The position numbers and the translations under genes are program-made. The notes under the pieces are model-generated. The model was not told where the DNA came from and searched no databases. It was given only the letters and a program-made list of their open reading frames with translations. DNA of 32,000 bases from Zygophlyctis sp. KS116. Lineage: Eukaryota; Fungi; Chytridiomycota. Shown one piece after another: positions 11,560 to 22,870 of the stretch; position 1 is the first letter of the stretch; every line of letters begins with the position of its first letter. Location: positions 1 to 32,000 of the forward strand of contig BAAFSQ010000009.1 in assembly GCA_054661495.1 (NCBI GenBank), written 5' to 3'.

Positions 11560-14520
11560 ATTATATTTTTCAACAAATCTAATCCCTTGTGATTCTAGCT
11601 TCTTGAGCATGGGCTCATATATTTCTGGTTTCATAGGTGCAATGACTCCGATTTCCTTAATTTGTCCTTTAAAGTTAATAATTTTGTCCTCACCTTTTAA
11701 AATCATTTCAGCAGCTATTGCTGTAGGTAGCCCAACAGTTTTAGCCATCGCTGTATATCCTTGGGGGTCTCCATAAGCTATCATAGTTGATGAAAGTTTT
11801 TCCTCCTTTCCATTCTTGGTTAAAATACCAAAAATGTGATGCATCACAACCAGATCACGTTCTCCGGGAGCATATTTAAGTTTATCTTGAAGTAAGCTGC
11901 AAAACAAGTCAAACCACGACTTTTTCTTTTCTAGAGAAAATGACTCGGCGGAAAACATATCCATCCTATTAATGTTAATATCTATATAATACCATTTTAA
12001 TCCATTCCAAATTTCAATTACCCTGGGATTGGAAACCTCCAAATTTAGTTTTTTTGCCAACAAAAGTAGCTGATCATTCTCAGTATTTAACTTCCCATTA
12101 AGAAGAATTTCAAGAAGATGATTCTGAATTTAGGATATTCAAATTATTACCCATGAGGTAGATTCCATCGCTGGAAGCGGAGAAGTGGAGAGCAAACCAA
12201 TTTCTCTCAGTCCGTCCATTATGGAGCTAAAGCCTTTATATCTAAGAGTTCCCCTGAACATGGTCTTGAGTTTTGAGGGGTCGAGATTGTATAACGAAAT
12301 ATACTTGAGTGAATCTCTATTTGGGTAGCCTTCAATAGAAAATCCTTTCATTATGGGAACATCTACAGCTGATTTAAGTAAATTAGCCCCTTCAATAGTA
12401 ACTTCTTTGCCGTCTTTACGATATTTTCCAGAATTGGATGCTGCTGCTAAAACGCCTTGAGGGGACCAACTAAATTTATAGCCTAGTGGATTACCAGAAG
12501 CTTCCGGAGCAGGCAATCCACCGCACCATGATACAAACTCTGTTATATGTCCACCTTCAGATTTTACTTTTTTAAATATTGACAATGCTTGCGATTAAAA
12601 TAAGCAAAATACGTACCAGTTAAATGGTCAATTCCTGGATCCAATCCTACTTCATTCATTATGGTAATACCAGCAACTTTCGCTCTATTACCATCAATAC
12701 TAATAAAGCATTACCTGGAGCTTAATGCAGCCAAGGATGGAGATATGTAACTTGCAGTGACCATATTTTTTTTGTTATCGATACATTTTTCTGCAACAAT
12801 ATGGTGTAGAGAGGCCGGAATAAGACTTAGTTTAAATAAAAAGCATCCTCACCTAATTATTAAGTCGTGATTTGAAATTAAACTAGATAGATCATTGCCA
12901 TTATTAACATCCAAAGAATTCACCGAAACTCTTTCTCTACCGTTCGCAAGCTTTCTTGCCTCTTCTAGTTTATCACTGGCTAAATATTAGAAATCTTCAA
13001 ACATTCACGTACCTATAGTTATGCTACATTTAAGATTGTCTAACAAGTAATCTACTACTGGACCCACAACAAATCCACTTCCAAGAATTGCAATTCGCTT
13101 GGTCTCATTTATATCATCATCTACTACTTTTTTGATCGAATTGTACAGTTTTGAATGTTGTTTTGTCAATTGGCCATTTTTTGTTATTAATGCGCCTTTT
13201 AATACGGGGTGATCATAGTTTCCTTTTACTAATTCAGAAACAAATGGGTATAGTGATTCGCTAAAATACTCTGAAGCTTCCAGGGGCATTTCCGATGGTA
13301 GATTATCAATAGACATTATCTGAATACCAGAGCCGTCTGGATCGGAATGAACTGAGTTTGTTTTTGGATCATACATGTAGAATGGATCATCTATCGTAGA
13401 AGCTTTGCTCATAAATTCTACTGAGCCATTTATATCACAAGAAACATCACTAAGAGTCAAAAGTGGAAGTCGTTTAGATTCCCACAAAGCTTTGGTATCT
13501 TCAATGGTTAACAGTCGTGGATAATGCACATCCCAAAAAATTCCATTCAGAATAAATCTAGCGTAAGGAGCAATTTTATCAGCAAATATGGATTTGTACA
13601 TTTCTGGTTTAGAAAAATATTCATTCTTGTTAAATGTTCCGTGATCATTTCTGACTAAGTAATCCTGTGGAAGAACTTGACATCCATAAACTTTGCGATT
13701 ATCGTATGACTTACTCTCATATAAAGACTTTAAATCATTTGGTGATACCCATTCATGAGGAAGACATTTGAACATATGCAGGGCTCCCTTTAATTATCAT
13801 CTGAAAATTCTTACATCTATAACATTACCTCCACCGGTAAAAATAAAAGTCATTGGACCTAATTCTTTCGGAAATCCATCATCTCTGATAACCATTCCTG
13901 ATCTGATCACATCCAAGCGAGCATCTCCAAGATTTCGATACATATAACTCATACCGATCGCTAAAAAAGGTGATGCAAGACCCATACCCAACAATCGTAT
14001 ACCTGTATATGAAGAATAGCATCATACCTAATGAGTGTAAGCCATCAATCATTCCTGCATAACCAGCAAATTTACTAAACTGAACTAATCTCTTTGAGTC
14101 TTTATCCTTTAATAACTCGTAATCAAGTAAAGTGATTTTTTTATCAAGAATATTCTGAAGCATTGGCATATTGTAAGACTGTCCTTTATGAGTATGTGAA
14201 AAGAACATGTAAGTCTTATCCGGCAAAAGTTGGGATATCGGCACTTCCTTTACTCCTGACTTTAGATAATTATAAATACCTATAATTACATCCGCATCAG
14301 TCAAATCCTCTGTAATAATAGCTCCCACCTTTTCTTAATGACAAGAATATCATACTCTTTCAAAAGCATCGTTTGGAAAGATACGATTTTGACTTGGCTG
14401 TACCAAAACTCTCGTTCCTTCTTGCGTTAATTTTCTAACCGCTTCTGGAACTAGAGGAACTCTTCTCTCCCATTTGTTCTTTAATTCCTTTGTAATGCCA
14501 AGTACAAGACGATTTGTCAT
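11554..14520 (-). CDS. AASS: Bifunctional lysine-ketoglutarate reductase/saccharopine dehydrogenase (alpha-aminoadipic semialdehyde synthase)
   Basis: LKR domain ([41 protein letters not shown]) fused to SDH domain ([58 protein letters not shown]). Introns at 14329-14355, 14256-14279, 14003-14027, 13788-13814, 12980-13012, 12826-12852, 12685-12714, 12588-12616, 12124-12150, 11966-11992, 11667-11693. Confidence 0.95.
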
Positions 14521-14570
14521 TTAAACTAATCGAAAGCAGCAGTCTGATACGCGACGAGAACAATGTTCGG

Positions 14571-14608
14571 GAAAAACAGTGAAAAACATGGAAAAACAGG
14601 GAAAACTT
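14571..14608. repeat. 10-bp-period tandem repeat GAAAAACA(N)2 x3 plus one degenerate copy, in a divergent promoter
   Basis: GAAAAACAGT GAAAAACATG GAAAAACAGG GAAAACTT read directly. Confidence 0.8.
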
Positions 14609-14734
14609 GGGAGGAGAATCTAATTCATGAATTATTTATCTTAAATGTTCAGGTAACGATGATCAAAGAATAGTAAAAACGCCCCGTCATATTGTTAGAC
14701 GTCACCCAAATGCATGATGTCAGGTCTTTTTAAA

Positions 14735-15739
14735 ATGTCTATTGATAGTGTAAATGATAATATATAAAGTGTAGGAAAATAATGGAGCGGTTGTCAGGAT
14801 TCAGACCCCAAAGAATGATGGAAGGTCAAAGCCTCGTCCGATGACTGCTTTCAAACGATTACCAGCCAAGACGGACGAAAAACAAGATGTAGTCAAATCT
14901 TCATTCGATGTATTGCAAGGAACAGAAAATGCCGAAATTAATCAAAGTGACCAAAAATTTACAGTAAAGGATAGACCAAAAACTGCATCGGTTTTAGCTG
15001 CTCATAGACGATATGATCCAGTCTATCCAACTGCTAATAAATTACTGGCCAAAATATGGGATGATAATGCTAGAAGAAGACATCTTGCCAAGTTAGGATC
15101 TATTAAGCCAAAAGTGGACAATCTTCCACCAAAAGTTCACGTACATTTAGCATCAAGATTCAAAAAAACACAGCAAGAAGAGGAAAACAATAAGAAAATT
15201 AAAAGAGAAAATCAAATTTTAGGTAGCTTGTATTTTATAAATGTTAGAGGAAAGGCTGCGTTGGAGATTGCATGAGTCCGAAGGCTTTTCAAGTTTGAAT
15301 CCGAGGTTTCTTGACGGCCTGAAAATGTTAAGGCAACGAAAGCGTAATGAAGATAGGAATCGAATACATCAAGAAAATTTGGTATATCAAAGTTTAATCA
15401 TAATTTTAGAATTTGATACAGAGAGTTGAAGATCGAAAGCCATTTTATCAAAAAAAGGCCTGGTCGGATGATAGAAAAAAGAACTTGGCATATTTATTAA
15501 ATATCTCTAGATTTCCAGAAGTATATGTGCGTCCTAAAACTGATGCAAATCAGTCAGAGGAAACAAAAGAGAAATGCAGATCAAAATCTGCACAATCTAG
15601 GGTCTCATCGTCTGCAGGACAAGTACATACAACTCGCTCAGTGACATTAAGAATTGAATTCTTGAAAAAAAAGGAACTGATAAACGCTAGGAAAGAGCAG
15701 GATTTGCACCCAAGAAGGAAGATATCGAGTGCCGCTTAA
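14735..15739 (+). CDS. CFAP97D/Hemingway (KIAA1430-domain) cilia-associated protein
   Basis: HRRYDPVYPTANKLLAKIWD...HLAKLGSIKPKVDNLPPKVHVHL...KKTQQEEE..KIKRENQILEERL, RIHQENLNLIQRVEDRKPFY. Introns at 14750-14774, 15223-15247, 15382-15409; the 3' exon structure is ambiguous. Confidence 0.78.
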
Positions 15740-15791
15740 TTTTTAAATTTTTTGAATATTCTCAAATAATTTGTTATTCTTTGCTAGAAAT

Positions 15792-17367
15792 TTATTTGAT
15801 AAAACAATCACGAGAAATATCTATGAATGCCGCTGCTCCAACGTTTGCATTCAGGAGCTCTTGATGCACAGTTTCGGCTTGCTGATAAATTCGCTCCAAG
15901 GAAGACTCTTTGAAAAGCCCATCAGATTCTATACTGTAAATACGATTAAATTACCCAAAACAGTCTTGTTCAAAGCATTTGCTAACTGAGCCCAGTTTCC
16001 TTTGTCTAATAAATATGACATTAATGAACTATCCGGATCTTCATAACACATTAGGGAAAATACTTGCTAAATGTTAATCAGTAAAGATACAGTAAGGGCT
16101 TCAGAGGCATGTGTGTCATTTTGCACCAAATCAAAGAATTTAGTTTGGATCTCCCGACCATATTCAATAATATCCATTAAACCATTTTTTGGCTTTTCTC
16201 CTTGGCCTTCCCATTCCATTTGAGTCTCTTGTGAGGATGAATTGATACGAATCAACTCTATAAATTTCTGAATGCATAAACATAGATGAAGTCTAGGATG
16301 TGAAGATAGCAATGTGGGAAAATCTGCAGCCAATATCTCAAATACATTGTCCACATGTCCTTCAACCAGTAACTTTCGCAACCTTTGCCGAAGGGCCATC
16401 GTTTTTGCACCAGGATGATCAAATAACGTAGCCGTACTATTCATTCTATTGCAAGTAGAGGTTGATTCAAAAAAACTTTGAGCAGTCTCTTGGTAACCTT
16501 GATGAATCAAGTGTGAAAGAATCAAGGGTGGCACAACTACCGACTCTATATTATTATCTATAGATGGAGTCGTTAAAATTGGGTTGATTATTTGCTTCAT
16601 AAATTTCTCTTGCTCTTCCTAATTATTAATATTTTAAAAGCAAATACTCTTCTATATCCCTCAATATCAAATCTAAACTTTTTCTGACCAAAATTTATCG
16701 ATACTAATTCTCCAGGTGTTCTTAATCCAATCATGGGATATACTTGAGATAATGATCCTTTCTTATCCTTTAAATCAATTCTAAAATCTTTAAAAGCAGT
16801 CCCTAAAAAAATTCCATTTTTAGTAAAACCAGCAGAAAAACTTCCCAAATTTATAATACATCCAATAACATCCCCAGTTGTAAAACTTGGACCATAAGGT
16901 TTACCAACTCCAGTACACGCAAAAGCATTCCCATCATCCCCATGATACCCCCAAGAATAATCATCCCATCCGGGTAGTCTTCCCAGATTAACACTTGACC
17001 CACAAAATCCAATACCAATATATCCATCTCTTCCTTTACTTAATATTTCCACTTCATAGTAATACAGCCCAACAGCAAACGGAATAGCACAATTCCCCCT
17101 TCCTGATGCAGCATCCATATCAGTTTTCCCAGGTCCAGAGTACGCTATTTGAGTATTATTGACTGACAGTGAAAGATGCTGTGATTTATCCTTTGGATTG
17201 ATACTTGATGGAAGAGTTTGGCAGGGAACTTGTTTAATAAATTCATTACAAGACAATAGACTCAGATAACTAAACGGCCTCACAATGGTTTGAATTACAC
17301 AAGGTTTGGTTGTGGAAGAAGAAGTTGCTACTGGCCTAGCACGACTAGAAGTATTAGTATTTGTCAT
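15792..17367 (-). CDS. Ran-binding protein 9/10-like (SPRY-LisH-CTLH-CRA; GID/CTLH complex)
   Basis: SPRY motif YYYEVEILSKGRDGYIGIGF..LPGWDDYSWGYHGDDG..YGPSFTTGDVIGC; LisH LILSHLIHQGYQETAQSF; CTLH QKFIELI; CRA FSLMCYEDP. Introns at 16619-16647, 16067-16090, 15929-15954. Confidence 0.92.
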
Positions 17368-17428
17368 TTTTTCAGTAAAACGCGGAACTGGTAAACATTA
17401 CTTTATAAACTAGAAAATTTCAACTACT

Positions 17429-17899
<471 letters not shown>

Positions 17900-18127
17900 C
17901 TAGAAAATTTAAAAGAAAACTTGCCCTAGTCTTTTGCCCTTGGTGCCTTGGGGTTTGCAATGGTCTTTCCGTTAATACTTTGAATCTCAAACAGTCTTTC
18001 CAGGCTTTGTATTTGTAGATTTACAGTACAGGATCCCTAGGTCCCTAGATGTATGAAAAATAACAATAGTCTTTTGAAAACTCGTCAAAAGGAATGTAAC
18101 CCTAAGACGTAAGTTTTTAGTTGAAAA

Positions 18128-19356
18128 ATGTATTCATTGATTGTTGCAAGCAGAGGCAAGTCAAACTAATATTAATATCTAGATGGGCATGTTAGAACAT
18201 TAAATTTACAGGGATCGGTTTTAAAAGTTGAAAAAAAGGATGCATTCAAGGCAATTGATTTAAATATTTTTGGAAAATATTTTGGGATTTCTAAACAATT
18301 TTTAATTTCAAATGATTCAAAAATACTCAATGATGCAAAGTGTTGTGTTGTAAAGGTTTTTAATTCCAATAACTGGGCTGTCAGAGGGACTGAATTAGGT
18401 CAAATTCTTCTTTTTAAGATCTTGAATGAACAAGGACATTTAGTCAAAAGTTGGGATGGGCATTTTAATGAGGTAAAGGTATTGGAAGTACCTATAAATG
18501 AAAATGGATTCTATTCTGCTGGAAGTGATGGATGTATCTGTTATTACAGTTTATCTACTTTAAAAATGACTTCTTGGAATGCACATTCAGCACCTATAAT
18601 AGGATTAGTACTGTCTCGTGCTATTTCTGTTGAAAATTCTTTAATTTGGAGTTTGTCTCTAGATAAGAAATGCAAGGTAAAGTCTTTTTAATTAAAATAA
18701 AAAGATGTGGAATTCTAAAGGGAAGTTGATTAAAAGTTGGAATATTTTAGAAATTCCATCTACATTTACAGTAAATTCTTTGGAAACTTTAATGTTTATT
18801 GGTACAAATACTGGAATTGTATTTGGAGTCAATATTAGATCAGATCAGACATTGGTAGATTCTAAATCATCTCCATTAGTTTATAATTCTAATGATAATA
18901 TTCCAATTTCAAGCATATCTTTATCTTTGGATGAACAATACTTGATCACTGGTAATAAGTCTGGATTAGTAAAGGTCTGGGATATCTTGAATCAAATGTG
19001 TCTAAATTCTGTTTCATTTGATGGTAAGAAACTTTTAAATTGATTTAATAGTGGAAATAATTGGTATAAAGTCTGTTTTAAATCCTCTTTTAGATCCAAA
19101 TGGTATACCAAAATCTAATTTAAAAAAATTGGACAAGTATCCAATGTCTAAAGAACTTCAAGGAAATATTTTTTTGCCTTGTATATCAGTCAAGGATGAG
19201 CCTGTAGTCGAGCCTATAAAGACAATTAATATAGATAAAAGTTTACAAAAGCTTGAACAAGAAAATGCTGATCTCAAGACTCTCAATGCAAATCTATTCA
19301 AGAGCGCAATATCTGCACTTTCGCAAAAGTCAATCTCTCAGATTGAAAATATTTAA
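18128..19356 (+). CDS. WD40-repeat protein, probably IPI3/WDR18-like (pre-rRNA processing)
   Basis: WD repeats (SWDGHFNEVKVL..FYSAGSDG, WNAHSAPIIGL, ITGNKSGLVKVWD) plus a C-terminal coiled coil (LQKLEQENADLKTLNANLF) as in Ipi3/WDR18. Introns at 18156-18182 (GC-AG), 18677-18704, 19024-19051. Confidence 0.7.
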
Positions 19357-19535
19357 TATTGCTGAATTTCACTATTTTATCTAGAATTTTTTCAACAATT
19401 TCAGAAAGCATAACGTGCACAAGGAAGTATATTTGGCAGATTTCTGGGATTTATTTCAAATTTTATATTTATATTCATTTTTATAGACTGCCAATATTGA
19501 AATAAATTTTCAGAATCGACCCTTCAATAGAGATT

Positions 19536-19961
19536 ATGACTGTTGAGACCAATATCAACTTGAATGTTTCATCTGATGTTATTAATCCCAATGATCTGAT
19601 ACAATGGGCAGGATCGCCTACTTCTGGTGGAATATCTTGTTTTCTAGGAACCACAAGGGAAAATGAAGGAGATCTCAAGGTGGAATATTTAGATTATGAA
19701 GCATATATTCCGCTATGTTTAAAATACTTTAAGGAATTATCTGAGATTGCTTTTCAAAAATATAATATTTCAAAAATCTGCATTCATCATAGAATTGGAA
19801 TAGTAAAAGTTGGAGAAATATCCATAATAATTATTGTGTCTGGATCTCATCGTAAAGATCCCATAGAAGCAGTTGAATACATCTTGAATCAAGTCAAAGC
19901 AAATGCTCCAGTTTGGAAAAAATCTGTTTATTCAAGTGGTGAAGCAGCTTACAAGGTTAAT

Positions 19962-19985
<24 letters not shown>
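19536..19985 (+). CDS. MOCS2: Molybdopterin synthase catalytic (large) subunit, MoaE/MOCS2B
   Basis: GGISCFLGTTRE, LDYEAY, HRIGIVKVGEISIII.VSGSHRK, APVWKK; intronless. Confidence 0.92.
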
Positions 19986-20873
<888 letters not shown>

Positions 20874-20921
20874 TCAAGAAAATTCACAATCGTTTTTTAA
20901 CAAAATCTGTATTTTAATCTT

Positions 20922-22576
20922 CTAAAGAATAGTCAAGAATAGTATCATTGAAGCTAAACCAATGTTTACTGATATCATTCTCGCATTCGAAAGTCTTTTC
21001 AAGTTCTTTTCACCTTCTGGTTTAACACCTACATATGCACGAGATGTATCATCTTGCAAGACTTGAGTTACAATTGTCTCCCCTTTATCAACTTTTGCAT
21101 TGACAGTCTCTTTAATTTTTTTAGCATCTTGTTCAACTTTTGCTGAATTATTTTTGAAAGACATTTCAACCCATTCTGGTGGAAGGTCTATTGTGAAGTT
21201 TTTGAGTTTAGAAGCTCTGGAATTTGTCTTATTTTCAGTAGTAGAGTTGTTCATATTTGTAGAAAGAACTGTGGTGTGTGTAGCAGAAGTGCTAGAGTGG
21301 CTAGTACTTGTAGGAACAGTAATAGAGTTTTGCAAAATGGTAGAAAGAACTTTGGTGGCACTTGTAAGAACAGTAGTAGAATTTTGCAAATTGGTAGAAA
21401 GAACTTTGTTGGTACTTGTAGGAACAGTAGTAGAATTTTGCAAATTGGTAGAAAGAACTTTGGTGGTACTTGTAGGAACAGTAGTAGAATTTTGCAAATT
21501 GGTAGAAAGAACTTTGGTGGTACTTGTAAGAACAGTAGTAGAATTTTGCAAAATGGTAGAAGCAGTAGCGCCAGTATTAGAGTGACTTGAGTTTTTAGGA
21601 GGAGCAGTATAGCTTGTGGTGACAGCAGGCTTTGTCATACTTGGAGGAAGAACACTTGAGCTAGGCTGAACTGAAATTTCAATATCTTGTCTATTTTGAC
21701 GGGAGGGTAGATAGCTAATACAAATATCCGACACATCTAATACGTCTCTAACTTGAACACCCGAAAATCCCGGCAATTCGTCTTCTAATTTAAGAGGTGC
21801 ATAGCTCTTCTTTTCTTTCAATTTGTTCTGCTTCCAGAGTAATTGTGCCTGAAGTAGTGTGTAATCTATATTGGCATGATGTGCGTAGAAAATTGGATCA
21901 GCAGGTGAATGTTTCAAAGTACCAAGCTGACCTTTTTTTCCACCGACCAATTTGTGTACCACTCCATGTGCATATTCCAACTGAGGACAATAATCTGCAT
22001 ACCCTTCATCCTTGGTTTTGGTCCAGAGTTCAGTGAAATACTCTGTAGGAGGGGGATTTTGTGAGACTTTACAATCTCTAACAAGCGGCCCTTTGAAAGA
22101 AGGGAAAATAAATCCTTTAAATCCATTAATAGTAACTGGACCTTCTTTTTCTCCCAAATATTTCCAAATTTTAGAGCTGCTCCATTGATCAAATTCCTTT
22201 CCAGTGTCCCAATAAAAGAATGCAAAGTCAGGATTGATTGTTTGAAGCTTCTTTTCAAACCATGCCAAGAAGTAGCGATGATCATATCCAAACATGGGTG
22301 TGCCATGGATCTGATGGCCTATTTCCATATGTTTAAGCATTCCAGTTTCCCATATAGAAACATTTGTAGCTGGATCAATCTTTTTCAAAGCTTTTTCAAT
22401 TGTATCCAAGTACACCTTCCATTCGGACTCTGTAAGATCTATTGTTAATTTTAAGCAAACACACCATTCATTTCCTTTCGGACAGTCATTTTGCTGCAAT
22501 GCTTCGTATCATCGCCAGCTGCAACAACAGCAATAGCATACATTGCAATCTTCATCAACAATTGCATGAGTTTCAT
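20922..22576 (-). CDS. Secreted tyrosinase-like (type-3 copper) protein 1 with Ser/Thr-rich repeats and a putative GPI signal
   Basis: Signal peptide MKLMQLLMKIAMYAIAVVAAG; VRKE; CuA HMEIGHQIHGTPMFGYDHR; CuB EYAHGVVH..SPADPIFYAHHANID; hydrophobic C-terminus. Intron 22439-22464. Confidence 0.88.
21300..21551 (-). repeat. Coding tandem repeat, 54-nt (18-aa) unit LQNSTTV(P/L)TSTTKVLSTN, 4 copies plus a partial copy
   Basis: Repeat visible in both DNA (gaacagtagtagaattttgcaaattggtagaaagaactttg) and translation. Confidence 0.93.
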
Positions 22577-22630
22577 TCTAATTTTATCGAAATTATAAAT
22601 AGAAAATGCGGCATCAACGCTTTAAGCCAC

Positions 22631-22694
22631 AAGGTGACTGAATGACTCTTTCAGGTAGCTTCTATCTGAAAGGGGTCTTCAGCACTGACACCTT
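22631..22694. other. Imperfect 64-nt inverted repeat/hairpin in the intergenic region
   Basis: AAGGTG-A-CTGAA-T-GACTCTTTCAGGTAG / CTT / CTATCTGAAAGGGGTC-TTCAG-CACTGA-CACCTT, paired by eye. Confidence 0.7.
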
Positions 22695-22870
22695 CAGATT
22701 ACATTGAGATGATAAATTAAACTGATGCTACTGATTGTTCATCTTTAAACCCATCATAATATGTTAATAGAATATAATGATCACTTGTCCGAACAAATTT
22801 ACAGTTTAACCCTTTTGACAATCTATACCACTCATCTTCAATTAGAAAATACCAAAATTTATATTTCAAC

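Noticed and set aside
19357-19535. Upstream MOCS2A ORF as in the bicistronic animal MOCS2
   Set aside because: No ORF ending in the Gly-Gly motif is visible upstream.
21100-21590. Plus-strand ORFs of 161 and 104 aa, and a CRISPR-like look of the repeat
   Set aside because: Antisense shadows of the coding Ser/Thr minisatellite; no unique spacers and no cas genes.
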